DNA from: Salinibacterium sp.
GTDB lineage: Bacteria > Actinomycetota > Actinomycetes > Actinomycetales > Microbacteriaceae
NCBI GenBank assembly: GCA_043721995.1
Contig: JAYSPT010000100.1
Location: 6,592-70,591, forward strand
DNA: 64,000 bases
Direction: 5' to 3'
Shown: positions 19,976-30,700 of the stretch, one piece after another
Numbering within the stretch: position 1 is the stretch's first letter
Layout of the letters: every line of letters begins with the position of its first letter
The notes under the pieces: model-generated
The model's input: only the letters and a program-made list of their open reading frames with translations
What the model was told of the DNA's origin: nothing
Databases searched by the model: none
Position numbers and translations under genes: made by a program

Positions 19976-20470
19976 GTGAGCAACCAAACTGCATTCGGCG
20001 GCCGTGCCGCCCAGCCAAACATCCCCAAGGGTGATGTTCTCGGGACCTATGACACCTACGTCGAGGCGCAGGGGGTCGTCGACCGTCTCGCCAAGGCCGA
20101 CTTCGACGTCGCGCATCTCTCGATCGTCGGCAATGACCTGAAGACAGTGGAGCGCGTGACGGGCAAATTGACCTGGGGGCGCGCAGCCGGAGCGGGAGCC
20201 GCTAGCGGTGCCTGGTTCGGCGTTTTCTTCGGACTGTTCCTGCTCGTGTTCAACTTCACGACCAACTACGGTGTCGCGCTGGCCGCGCTGCTGATCGGTG
20301 CGGCATTCGGCATTGTCTTCGGTCTGGTGGGATACGCGTTCTCCCGTAGGAACCGTGACTTCACCTCAACCCACCAGGTGCTGGCCTCCAATTACCAGAT
20401 CATCATCGACCCGAACCTGACTGCGAAGGCGCAGCAGGTACTGGTGAGCACGCCGCCTTCGGCCCCATAG
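19976..20470 (+). CDS. General stress protein (YflT/17M-like) with two TM helices
   Basis: LGTYDTYVEAQGVVDRLA, SIVGNDLKTVERVTG, RRNRDFTS. Confidence 0.85.
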   Translation: MSNQTAFGGRAAQPNIPKGDVLGTYDTYVEAQGVVDRLAKADFDVAHLSIVGNDLKTVERVTGKLTWGRAAGAGAASGAWFGVFFGLFLLVFNFTTNYGVALAALLIGAAFGIVFGLVGYAFSRRNRDFTSTHQVLASNYQIIIDPNLTAKAQQVLVSTPPSAP

Positions 20471-20492
20471 CCCGTCCCGGGCCAATTCCGTC

Positions 20493-20520
20493 AGCCCGGG
20501 CCGAAACATCGGCCCGGGCT
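20493..20520. terminator. Hairpin between convergent genes
   Basis: AGCCCGGGCCGA-AACA-TCGGCCCGGGCT, perfect 12-bp stem. Confidence 0.7.
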
Positions 20521-20789
20521 GTGTCCCAATCCGCAGGCAACCTCCGACTGATGGCAATAGTCGCTGGGGCGTTCGTTGGCCGAACGAGACGTTTGTGATG
20601 TCAACGAAAAAGAGCGCGGGATCTACCGGTGTGAAGGCATCCGGATCAGGGGTGGGTGTCGGCGCGGGGTCGGGGTCTGGCTGGTCGACGAGCTCGAGGC
20701 CTGCGAGCCTGACGCGGTTGGTGGCACCCCGCCGGTGCATCCTCAGGGGCCAACCGCTCGCGTGACAGCAAGAGCCGGCACGGCGAATC

Positions 20790-22271
20790 TTATTGCGATG
20801 CAACCATCCAGGCCTCGACCTCGTCGGCCGTGCGAGGGATGCCTGCCGAAAGGTTCTCGGCTCCGTCGGACGTGACCAGAATGTCGTCCTCGATACGCGC
20901 GCCAATGCCGCGATACAGCTCGGGCACTGTGAGGTCGTCGGGCTGGAAGTACAGGCCGGGTTCGATCGTGAAGATCATGCCTTCCTCGAGAATGCCGTCG
21001 TGGTAGAAATCTCGTCGAGCCTGCGCGCAGTCGTGCACGTCGATCCCCAGGTGGTGACTCGTCCCATGCACCATGTAGCGCCGGTGGTACTGACCCTCGG
21101 CCAGTGACTCTTCCGCGCTGACCGGCAACAGCCCCCACTCGGCGGTCCTGGCCGCGATTACCTTCATCGCTTCGGCGTGCAAATCGTGAAAGCGGATGCC
21201 CGGCCGAGCGATCGCGAACGCAGCATCCGCGGCTTCCCGAACCGCCTCGTAGACCTTCCGCTGTATCTCGGAAAATTTGCCGTTCACCGGCAGGGTTCGC
21301 GTGATGTCGGCCGTGTAGTAACTGTCCACCTCAACCCCGGCATCGATCAGGATGAGGTCACCTGGCACAACCGGCCCGTCGTTGCGGGTCCAGTGCAGGA
21401 TGCAGGCGTGCGGCCCACTTGCCGCAATCGTGTCGTAGCCCACCGTATTGCCGTCGGCGCGAGCGCGGCGGTTGAAGGTGCCCTCGACGATACGCTCGCC
21501 GCGGCGGTGCGCGATCACGTCAGCGAAGTTCGCGATCACGTCATCGAAGCCTTGCTTCGTCGCTGCGATCGCGGCACGCATCTCGGCGATCTCGAAGCTA
21601 TCCTTCACGAGCCGCAGTTCGCTCAGGTCGCGCAGCAGTTCGGCGTCGCCGTCGTTCTCGAGGGATTCCGAGCTTGCGGCGATCAACCGGCGGCCGTCGA
21701 CGTGGTCGGTGAGTTCATGGTCGGCTTCGCGCACGATTATGGTGTTCGCACCAACGGAGTCGATGACACTCTCGAACTCTGAGATGTTCGCGGTGGCGAG
21801 ACTGAGGTCGGCCGCGACGTGCTCCAGCGACGGGCGCTGACCCTGCCAGAACTCGCCGATCATGGGGTTCGCATAAAACTCGGTGCTGCCGTGGCGGGCC
21901 GACTCGCGGAAGTAGACAGTTGCATCGTGGCCCTTCGCAGTCGGCTCGAGAACGAGCACGGCACCTGCCACGGTGTCTGAACCCCAGCCGGTCAGGTAAG
22001 CAAATGCGGAGTGGGCACGATACGGGTACTCGGTGTCATTGGCCCTCGTGACAAGGTCACCGGCCGGCAGGATCATCCTCTTGCCCGGATGCATCACCGA
22101 GATGCGCTCGCGGCGCGCTGCGGCGAATGCTGCCTGGGGGCGGGAGGCGGGCAGCGTCTCGTTGCGCTCGGCCCATGTGCCCGACATGTACTCGACGAAT
22201 TTCTCTGAGCTCGGCAGCGTTGAGCGGTTCGATGTCGCGCGGGGCGCGGTCTGCGCGGGTGTGTCGGCCAT
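20790..22271 (-). CDS. pepP: Xaa-Pro aminopeptidase (M24B)
   Basis: AMP_N domain then LIDAG, ADITRT, HGTSHHLGIDVHD, TIEPGLY, RIEDD. Confidence 0.93.
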   Translation of the reverse strand: MADTPAQTAPRATSNRSTLPSSEKFVEYMSGTWAERNETLPASRPQAAFAAARRERISVMHPGKRMILPAGDLVTRANDTEYPYRAHSAFAYLTGWGSDTVAGAVLVLEPTAKGHDATVYFRESARHGSTEFYANPMIGEFWQGQRPSLEHVAADLSLATANISEFESVIDSVGANTIIVREADHELTDHVDGRRLIAASSESLENDGDAELLRDLSELRLVKDSFEIAEMRAAIAATKQGFDDVIANFADVIAHRRGERIVEGTFNRRARADGNTVGYDTIAASGPHACILHWTRNDGPVVPGDLILIDAGVEVDSYYTADITRTLPVNGKFSEIQRKVYEAVREAADAAFAIARPGIRFHDLHAEAMKVIAARTAEWGLLPVSAEESLAEGQYHRRYMVHGTSHHLGIDVHDCAQARRDFYHDGILEEGMIFTIEPGLYFQPDDLTVPELYRGIGARIEDDILVTSDGAENLSAGIPRTADEVEAWMVASQ

Positions 22272-22299
22272 GTCCCCATTCTCACCCAGACGGCTAATT

Positions 22300-23310
22300 T
22301 CAGCCAGCAGGGGAAAGTTGGGCAAGAATCGGGCGATGGTCGCTGCCCGCGCCGTCCTGCGACTGGATGACGCGCATCCCGGTCACCTTCCAGTTCGGCG
22401 TCGTCATGACATGGTCAATCGGAGCGCCAAGAAGTGCAGGAAGCAGGCTCGGCCAGGTGCCGACCGCCGCGTTACCGGTGGCCTCTGCGGCATCGGAGCA
22501 GGCGCCGAGTGCCTTACCCGTCGTGGCGAGGCCCGCATAGTGGTCGAGGGTGGAGTTAAAGTCACCGGCCATGATCACGTTGGTGCTTCCGCACGCGCCG
22601 GCCACCCAGCGCAGGTCGCTGCGCCAGTGCTCCATCTCGCCCGGGATGGGGGCGACCGCGTGCACGGCAACAATCGTGGGCCCGTTGCCATTCGTGGGGT
22701 GGGCGACGACGCTCGGCAGTACCGACGTCGTGGTCACCGACTCGTTTACCACGTAGGCGCCGAGTTTTTCGCTAATCAGGAGCGTGGTTGAGCGAGACTT
22801 CGATACCTCGTCGTAGGCGACCGTGAAGACCTGCATCGGTGTTCCAGACGCGGCCATGAGGTTGGCGACTGCCTGGCCCACCTGGTTGGTAGTCTCCGGA
22901 AGCGCGATGACCTCTGCGCCCGACTGGGTGGCCAGGTCCGCGATTGTCTGTGCGCCCGCCGCGCCGCCCAGAGTGTTCCAGCTGAGCACGATGACATCGC
23001 TGTTGCCGGTCGACTCAAATCCCGCGCTTCCGAATCCTCGGGTCGAGAGCACCGCGATCGTGATACCCGAGAAGGCGAGCAGCACAACCGCGAGTGATGC
23101 GCAGAATCGACGCAGAGACGGTGCCACCAGGGCGATGAGCGTAAGCACGACGATACCGGCGGCGGCGATCGCGACGGCGAGGCCGCGTAAAGAGACCACC
23201 TGCGCCACGACCGGTGCCTGCGCGAGACCGAAGAGTTGGGGCCACGCCGCGATGAGCAGCAGGATCGCCACGACAACCGTGAGGAGAGCGGCGAGAGTCC
23301 TGCGGAACAT
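22300..23310 (-). CDS. Membrane-anchored endonuclease/exonuclease/phosphatase (EEP) family protein
   Basis: Three N-terminal TM helices; SWNT, LPET, AGDFNST, IDHV, SDHRP. Confidence 0.9.
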   Translation of the reverse strand: MFRRTLAALLTVVVAILLLIAAWPQLFGLAQAPVVAQVVSLRGLAVAIAAAGIVVLTLIALVAPSLRRFCASLAVVLLAFSGITIAVLSTRGFGSAGFESTGNSDVIVLSWNTLGGAAGAQTIADLATQSGAEVIALPETTNQVGQAVANLMAASGTPMQVFTVAYDEVSKSRSTTLLISEKLGAYVVNESVTTTSVLPSVVAHPTNGNGPTIVAVHAVAPIPGEMEHWRSDLRWVAGACGSTNVIMAGDFNSTLDHYAGLATTGKALGACSDAAEATGNAAVGTWPSLLPALLGAPIDHVMTTPNWKVTGMRVIQSQDGAGSDHRPILAQLSPAG

Positions 23311-23355
23311 AGGTCTGCGAGTTTAGCCCGAGTGCCATGCGAATAGTCTTGAGGG

Positions 23356-24207
23356 ATGCCCGGACCCATCGACCTGCACACCCACAGTTCGGTTTCCGAT
23401 GGCACGGAAACACCCACCCAGCTCATTCGCGCGGCCGTCGTCGCGGGACTCGGCACCGTGGCGCTGACCGACCACGACTCGACTGCTGGCTGGCAGGAGG
23501 CGTTCGGGGCCGCCGCCGGTACCGGGCTTACGGTCATCCCGGGCATGGAACTCAGCACCAACTACGGGCCGGCGAGCGTGCATTTGCTGGCGTACCTGTT
23601 CAACCCGCTCGACGGCGGGATCATTGCGGAAACTGCGCGGATCAGGGAGGGTCGACTCAACCGGGCCGAACGCATCGTGGAGAAGATCGGTCAGGATTAC
23701 GATCTGACCTGGGACGATGTGCTTGCCGAATTATCCGATGGCACAACCCTCGGCCGACCGCATATCGCCGATGCGCTCGTGCGCAAGGGCATCGTGGCCA
23801 ACCGCACTGCGGCATTCGAATCGATCCTGCATTGGCGTGGGGCCTACTACGAGAAGTACTACGCGCCGTCGCCAATCGAGGGCGTGCGCATGATCGTGCG
23901 GGCCGGGGGAGTGCCCGCGCTTGCTCATCCCGCGACCCACGGAAAGTACCGGCCAATGGATGACGCGTACATCGCCACGCTCGCCGACGAGGGCCTTTTC
24001 GGGCTTGAGGTCGGGCACCGTGACAACACTGACGAGGGCAAGGTTCGCCTTATCGCGCTGGCGAAAAAGCTCGGCCTGGAGGTCACCGGCGCGAGCGATT
24101 ACCACGGCGAAGGCAAGCCGAACCGTCTCGGCGAGAACACTACTGCTCCCGAAGTGCTGGAGAGGCTAGTGGCGCGCGCGACCGGTTCGAGCAGCTTCCG
24201 GGCCTAA
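23356..24207 (+). CDS. PHP-domain phosphoesterase (YciV/TrpH-like)
   Basis: DLHTHSSVSDG, TDHD, GMELS, GRPH, LAHP, GASDYHG. Confidence 0.92.
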   Translation: MPGPIDLHTHSSVSDGTETPTQLIRAAVVAGLGTVALTDHDSTAGWQEAFGAAAGTGLTVIPGMELSTNYGPASVHLLAYLFNPLDGGIIAETARIREGRLNRAERIVEKIGQDYDLTWDDVLAELSDGTTLGRPHIADALVRKGIVANRTAAFESILHWRGAYYEKYYAPSPIEGVRMIVRAGGVPALAHPATHGKYRPMDDAYIATLADEGLFGLEVGHRDNTDEGKVRLIALAKKLGLEVTGASDYHGEGKPNRLGENTTAPEVLERLVARATGSSSFRA

Positions 24208-24219
24208 AGTTCGGGCGCG

Positions 24220-24660
24220 CTACCGGTCGAAACGGGCGCCCTCTGGTTTGGACTCGAGCAAGGTCAACACCAAAACTACGATGCTCAAGCCGACGAGGCT
24301 GAAGAGATAAAACGCGCCCGAAAAGTTGCCGTCGTGAAGACGGCGAACGGTGACGGCAATTCCGGGAATGACGACAGCGAGAGTGACTAGCGCAAAAAGC
24401 ACGAGGAAGACTATTCCGCCGACACCGAGGTCGACTCCACCGTTCCCGTTCGGGGTGCCCGTCCCGATGCCGATACCGAGCGCAAGCCCGTAGAGCACGG
24501 TTTCTGGGATTGCAAGCGCGAGTGCAGCCCACCAGTATTCGCTCCGGCTCGCGCGGCCGGTGAACGTCGCGTACTTCTTGAAAAAACGGCTAACGGCTTG
24601 GGCGAATGTTGCCCCGTAGAGCGGCTGAGACAGCGGGACATCAGTGTATGAATCGGTCAT
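24220..24660 (-). CDS. DUF805 membrane protein
   Basis: FFKKYATFTGRASRSEYWW and TVRRLHD. Confidence 0.92.
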   Translation of the reverse strand: MTDSYTDVPLSQPLYGATFAQAVSRFFKKYATFTGRASRSEYWWAALALAIPETVLYGLALGIGIGTGTPNGNGGVDLGVGGIVFLVLFALVTLAVVIPGIAVTVRRLHDGNFSGAFYLFSLVGLSIVVLVLTLLESKPEGARFDR

Positions 24661-24726
24661 CGCAGCAGTATGGCAGTTTGTCGACGATGCATCAACGAAT
24701 CACGGTGCCCCCATTCGCGGGTCGGG

Positions 24727-26169
24727 CTAGGCGGCGGGTGGCGTGCTGGGACGACGTGTGCGCGAGCGCTGGCGAGAACGCGGCGGGCGGGTACGGTCGG
24801 CGTCGGCGGCCTGAGCACCTGCCGGCTGAGCTGCTCGCTCGCTTGAGCCCTGCGCGGAACGCTGGCCGCTATTTTGGCCGCTGGAGCGTTGCCCGCCGGA
24901 ACCCTGGCTGCCCGAACTACGGCCACCACGGGAGGACCCCGATGAGCCCGATAAACCGGCCGGTGCGGCAACGCGTGTGGAGTGCGTTCCCGGCAATCGT
25001 CCCTTCGTGCCGTCGGGAATGTCGAGATCGCTGAACAGGTGCGGTGAGGAGGAGTAGGTCTCGGTGGGCTCCGGGATGCCCATGTCGAGTGCCCGGTTGA
25101 TGAGCGACCACTTATGCATATCGTCCCAGTCCACAAATGTGACGGCGATCCCGGTCTTGCCGGCGCGCCCGGTACGGCCTGCGCGGTGCAGGTAGGTGTC
25201 GTGATCGTCGGGGATGGTGTGATTGATTACGTGCGTCACGTCATTGACGTCTATGCCGCGAGCCGCCACATCCGTCGCAATGAGGATGTCTTTCTTGCCG
25301 GCCTTGAACGCTGCCATCGCGCGCTCGCGCTGCTCCTGGTTGAGGTCGCCGTGCACCGCCGCCGCGTTGAAGCCGCGGTCGTTCAACTCTTCAACGAGCT
25401 TTGCAGCAGCACGCTTGGTGCGCGTGAAGACGACTGTCTTGCCGCGCCCCTCGGCCTGAAGAATTCGAGCGATTACCTCGTCTTTGTCGAGGCTGTGTGC
25501 GCGATAGACGATGTGCTTGATGTTGGCCTGCGTGAGCCCTTCGTCGGGGTCTGTCGCGCGGATGTGGATCGGTCGGTTCATGAAGCGGCGAGCCAACGCA
25601 ACAATCGGGCCGGGCATCGTGGCCGAGAACAACATGGTGTGGCGCGTGGGTGAGGTCTGTGCGAACAACTTCTCGATGTCGCTGAGGAACCCGAGATCGA
25701 GCATTTTGTCGGCCTCATCAAGCACCATGATCTTCACGTCTTTGAGCGACAACATGCGCTGCGACGCGAGATCGAGCAGGCGGCCGGGCGTACCGACCAC
25801 CACCTGCGCGCCGGCCTTGAGCTGCTCGACCTGACCCTCGTACGCCTTGCCGCCGTAGATCGCCACGATCTGCGTTGCGCGATTGGATGCCGCGAGCTCG
25901 AGGTCTTCGGCAACCTGTACGCACAACTCACGTGTGGGCACCACGACGAGCGCTTTCACGCCCGGCTCCGGATTTGTGCCGAGTGCCTGCAAGAGCGGAA
26001 GCCCGAATCCTAGAGTCTTTCCGGTACCGGTCTTTGCCTGGCCGATGATGTCTTGACCCGCGAGCCCCATCGGAATCGTCTGGGTCTGGATGGGGAACGG
26101 TTCGATGATCCCCTTGGTGGCGAGTGCGTCAACCATATCCTGGTCAATATTGAGTTCTGAGAATGTCAC
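24727..26169 (-). CDS. DEAD-box RNA helicase
   Basis: Q-motif PFPIQ, AKTGTGKT, PTREL, TPGR, DEAD, SAT, HRAGRTGR; S/G/R-rich tail. Confidence 0.97.
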   Translation of the reverse strand: MTFSELNIDQDMVDALATKGIIEPFPIQTQTIPMGLAGQDIIGQAKTGTGKTLGFGLPLLQALGTNPEPGVKALVVVPTRELCVQVAEDLELAASNRATQIVAIYGGKAYEGQVEQLKAGAQVVVGTPGRLLDLASQRMLSLKDVKIMVLDEADKMLDLGFLSDIEKLFAQTSPTRHTMLFSATMPGPIVALARRFMNRPIHIRATDPDEGLTQANIKHIVYRAHSLDKDEVIARILQAEGRGKTVVFTRTKRAAAKLVEELNDRGFNAAAVHGDLNQEQRERAMAAFKAGKKDILIATDVAARGIDVNDVTHVINHTIPDDHDTYLHRAGRTGRAGKTGIAVTFVDWDDMHKWSLINRALDMGIPEPTETYSSSPHLFSDLDIPDGTKGRLPGTHSTRVAAPAGLSGSSGSSRGGRSSGSQGSGGQRSSGQNSGQRSAQGSSERAAQPAGAQAADADRTRPPRSRQRSRTRRPSTPPAA

Positions 26170-26331
26170 TTTATAAAAGCCCTAATGTCTTAAACGGTCG
26201 TCTTACGAGTACGCCCGTTCTGACTTGGGGCGCAGAACCCCCGCCAACATGGGGGGCATGGAGAAAAGTTTACCTGCTCGATGCTGGGCATCCCGGAAGG
26301 CGCTCTGGAGCAGTCACGTAAGCTTGGCGCC

Positions 26332-27054
26332 GTGGCTAACTGGTTCTCTCGCAAGCCGAGGCGTGCCGAAGCGCCCCGTATTCGCTCTCGCAGTGACGAC
26401 CAGGTCACGACCAAGATCCACCTGGTCGAATTCACGCCGCCGCTGTCGGAGTTTCTGGGTCGTGCCGCCTACGTGCAGTTGACACTCTTCGAGAACCTGT
26501 CACGGGCCGTCGCGAGTGCCCCGACGACCGCGGCAAAGGCCGACATCGGTAAGGCCGCGGGCGTCTCGATCGCGAAGTATCGTGCACTCGCGGACGAGAT
26601 TACCCGCACGGGCGGGGTGCCCGCCGCGGTGATGGAACCGTTCAGGTCATCCATCGATGATTTCAAACGGGCCACTTACACCGCCGACTGGCACGAGACA
26701 GTGGTCGCCTGTTTTCTCACCTCCGGCTTTCTGGATGACTTCTTTGTGCGTCTTGCAGCGGGTTTCCCGGCCGACCAGGCACGGCGCCTCACCGCGATCT
26801 ACTCGAACGGGAGCGGGGAGGACTTACTCGCAGCACAGCTGAGGGCGGCGATCTCCCAGAATCCGAAACTCGCATCCCGCAGCGCAATGTGGGGCCGTCG
26901 CTTGGTGGGCGACACCATGCTCGTCGCGCGCGCAGCGCTGCACTATTCCGATGATCACATCACGACCTCGGACGAAGCGCGGATCGAGCCGGTCTTCACG
27001 GAACTCATCGCCGCACACACGCGCCGGATGGATTCACTGGGCCTTACGGCCTAA
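26332..27054 (+). CDS. Ferritin-like fold protein (MiaE_2-like)
   Basis: AAYVQLTLFENL, GFLDDFF, WGRRLVGD, HTRRMDSLGL; usual partner of the actinobacterial DEAD helicase gene. Confidence 0.8.
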   Translation: MANWFSRKPRRAEAPRIRSRSDDQVTTKIHLVEFTPPLSEFLGRAAYVQLTLFENLSRAVASAPTTAAKADIGKAAGVSIAKYRALADEITRTGGVPAAVMEPFRSSIDDFKRATYTADWHETVVACFLTSGFLDDFFVRLAAGFPADQARRLTAIYSNGSGEDLLAAQLRAAISQNPKLASRSAMWGRRLVGDTMLVARAALHYSDDHITTSDEARIEPVFTELIAAHTRRMDSLGLTA

Positions 27055-27347
27055 GCCCTACCACCCGAGAGTTGGTGCAGTAAGCGAGCGTCGGCCCGAA
27101 TGCGCCGCGGTGGGAGCACCAGCGCGACGACGAGGGCGACGATGCCGCCGACGACGAGGCTGACCACCCAAATCCAGCCGCCGCCGAATTTCCAGCCCGC
27201 CCACACCAGCCCGACCCACACCGCGGCCGTGACTGCGCCAGAGAGTGCAGGCAGCAGTAGTACGCCGTACGTGCCTCGCCGGGGAAGCAGGTAGCGTGCC
27301 ACTGCACCGAAACTGGCGCCGATCACGGTTACGAAGAGCAGTTCCAT
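27051..27347 (-). CDS. Small 3-TM membrane protein
   Basis: 98 aa, three hydrophobic segments; stop overlaps the neighbour's stop. Confidence 0.75.
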   Translation of the reverse strand: MELLFVTVIGASFGAVARYLLPRRGTYGVLLLPALSGAVTAAVWVGLVWAGWKFGGGWIWVVSLVVGGIVALVVALVLPPRRIRADARLLHQLSGGRA

Positions 27348-27415
27348 GCTGGATCCTTAGGGTGCCATCTGACGGGGCTCAGTGCGACCCGAGCGTCAAA
27401 AACTGACTGGGAAAA

Positions 27416-27640
27416 TCAGGCGACGAAGCCGATTCTGCGGGATTCTTCGGAGCCGACTTCAATGTATGAGAGCGAGATGGTGGGCACGATGTAAAACTTG
27501 CCCTTATCGTCTCGGAGCTTCACGAACTTCGCATCGGAGTCGAGCGCGTCGGCGATCACTTTCTCCACCTCGGCGGAGGTCTGAGTTGACTCGAAGCTAA
27601 TTTCACGGGGGCTGTTGGCGATGCCGATTCGAATGTCCAC
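27416..27640 (-). CDS. DUF3107 protein
   Basis: VDIRIGIANSPREISFES ... YIEVGSEESRRIGF; GTG start preceded by TAATCT-N7. Confidence 0.9.
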   Translation of the reverse strand: MDIRIGIANSPREISFESTQTSAEVEKVIADALDSDAKFVKLRDDKGKFYIVPTISLSYIEVGSEESRRIGFVA

Positions 27641-27711
27641 GATTGAAAGATTACGACACAACGCCGGGACGGTTGTCGGCCGTTCTCTGTGAGCGCAGAG
27701 CGCGGGGTGCG

Positions 27712-27733
27712 TGTCACCCCTTCGCAGTACCGT
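27712..27733 (+). promoter_or_regulatory. PafBC/RecA-NDp-type DNA-damage promoter for adnAB
   Basis: TGTCAC-N10-TACCGT then 6 nt to GTG; matches the TGTCGG-N10-TANNNT architecture with a variant upstream element. Confidence 0.55.
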
Positions 27734-27739
27734 TGACGC

Positions 27740-30700
27740 GTGATGATCACCGGTTTTCAGCGTGGCGAGCTCGCTGCGCCCACGCCGGTGACGCTCGATC
27801 AATCTCAACGCGCGGTACTCGAGCTTGCCGATGGCGCGAGCGCTGCTGTCATCGGGGCGCCGGGAACCGGAAAAACCACGACACTTGTTGAACTCATTGC
27901 AGATCGCGTGCTTGGGCACGGGTGGACGACCGATCAGGTGCTGGCTCTCACTCCCACACGTTCGACGGCCACTCGTCTGAGAGACGCGATTGCCTTGCGG
28001 CTCACAGCGACCACTACCGGACCGATGGCGCGCACGGTGAATTCGCTCGCGTTCGAGATCGTGCGAGATGCTGCGCGAGCAGCCGGCACCGCCCCGCCCC
28101 GCCTGGTGACGGGTGGCGAACAGGATGCCGACATCGCGGGGCTCATCGAGGGACAGCTCGAGGAGGGAACCGGCCGCTACTGGCCGCCGACGCTCTCGCC
28201 GGAGGTGCGAGGGCTTCGCCGTTTCCGCACAGAACTCCGCGAACTGATGATGCGCGCGACGGAGTACAACGTCAGTCCCAGCCAACTGCGCACCCTTGGC
28301 GCGCAGCACGAGCATCCCGAGTGGGTCGCGGCGGCCGACTTCATCGACGAGTATCTCGCCGTTATCTCGACCACGCGTGAATCGCAGTTCGACCCATCAG
28401 AGCTCGCGCGCTTCGCGGTCGCCGCGATTGAAGCCGGCGATCTTGGCGAGCGCGTTTCATCCCTGCGTCTGGTTTTGGTGGATGACCTTCAGGAGGCCAC
28501 CGAGTCCACACTCGCGATTCTGCGCGCATTGGCCGGCAGGGGAATAGCCGTTATCGCGTTCGGTGATCCGGATATCGCGGCGAACGCCTTCCGCGGCGGC
28601 GAGCCTGACGCCCTCGGTCGCTTGAGCACTGTGCTCGGAACTCCCGTGACTGCACTCATCCTCTCGACTGCCCACCGCCAAGGTGCGGCGCTACGAGCGT
28701 TCACGTCGACTATTACGGCCCGAATTGGCACTGCCGCCGCCGGCATGCAGCGGACGGCGACCGGCACAGCCGACGGGGGCACGGTCTCCAGAATCGAAGC
28801 GACGAGTCCCGCTCGGCAGTGGGCGGCTGTCGCGCGCATCCTGCGGCAACAGCACCTCGAGCATGGCGTGCCGTGGAGCGATATGGCGGTGATTGTGCGA
28901 GGCGGTGCCCAACTGGCGACCATCTCACGATCGCTGGCGCTTGCCGAGGTGCCGACTCGATCATCTGTGGGCTCGACCGCATTGCGCGATGAGAACTCGG
29001 CGCGAGGCTTGCTCACGCTCGTCGACGTGGGGATCGGCCGTTCGCCCCTCACGCCCCAACTTGCGACTGAACTGCTGCTGTCCCCGTTCGGTGGCCTCGA
29101 CCGACTTACCCTGCGACGCCTGAGGCTGGCCCTGCGCGCGGAGGAGGTGGCAGGAGGAGGCGCTCGCCCCGCCGATGAGTTGCTCGTCGAGGCGCTCGAG
29201 GCCCCCGGCCGCTTAGTGAGCATCGACACCCGGGTTGCTCGCGCAGCAGAGAAGCTCGCGGGCACGCTCGCGTTGCTCAGGTCAAACGGTGGGTCAATCG
29301 AGGAACTGCTCTGGATAGCGTGGGATCGCAGCGGGCTCGCGCGCACCTGGTACGAACAGGCGATGGGTGGCGGGGTCACCGCCGCCGAAGCGAACCGCAG
29401 CCTCGACGGCGTCGTCGCACTGTTCACAGCGGCGAAGAGGTTTGTGGAGCGTCGGCCAGAAACGGGAGCATTCGTCTTCCTCGCAGACATGCTCGAAGCC
29501 GAGGTTCCCGAAGACACGCTCTCCCCTCAGCCAACCGATGATGCGGTTTTGATCGCTACGCCAGCGGGTGTCGTCGGCCTCGAATTCGACACGGTGGTGG
29601 TCGGTGCCGTGCAGGATGCCGTGTGGCCGAACCTGCGCTTGCGCGGCACGCTCTTTTCGGCGCAGCAACTCGTGGGCGTGGTCACCGGCGTCGATTCTGG
29701 CACCGTCGATGAGCGGCGGCAGGTGCTTTCCGATGAGTTGCGGATGTTTGCGCTCGCCGTCTCGCGCGCCCGAACGCGCGTAGTCGTGTCGGCGGTTGCC
29801 AACGACGACGAGGCAGCGAGCCCCTTCATGTCGCTTCTGCCACCGGACACAGAGGTACTGGACTCGGCTAACGTGATCCCGCTCTCATTGCGCGCGATGA
29901 CGGGGGCGTTACGTCGTTACTCCGTTACCGGTCTCAGTCGTAGCGGCGCACCGGTGTCCCGCGAATCGGCGGCGGCATCGCTCGCGGCTCTTGTCGCCGA
30001 GGGCGTCAGCGGCGCCGATCCATCGCAATGGCATGGACTGCTTCCGCTGTCGAGCACGGGACCGTTGTACGAGAACGAGCAGGTGCCGGTGTCACCGTCG
30101 GGGCTGGAAAAACTGCTCAAAGATCCACTCGATTGGTTCCTCGAGCACATCGCGGGCTCCAACTCGGGAGTCATCGCGAACGTGGGCACGATCATCCATG
30201 CCGCGATGGAGAACGCGGAGACCACCTCAGCCGAAGACCTGTCGAAGGTTGTCGAAGCCCGCTGGAGCGAGCTGATTTTCGAGGCACCATGGCTCGAAGA
30301 GCGGCAACGAAGGATCGCCAGGAAACTCACGGATGCCCTCGCCGAGTACCTCGAAGATTTCGCGCAGGAGGGGAAGACGCTGATTGGCGCCGAGAGTCGT
30401 TTTGCGATCGACGTGGATCGGGCGACCTTGCGCGGCTCGATCGACCGAGTTGAGCGTTCCGCTGATGGAGCCGTCGTGATCGTTGACCTCAAGACCGGCG
30501 TACCCATCACGAAGCAGTCAGACATCGACGAGCATCCGCAACTTGGCGCATACCAGCTCGCCTATGCCGAGGGAATCCTCGATGAGGCGTTGCGCGGATA
30601 TGGTCCGCATCACGGTGGAGGGGCACGGCTGCTCTTCGTCAAAGCCGGTAAAAATGCAAAGGCCTACCGCGTGGGAACTCAAAAACAGTTCACACCCGAG

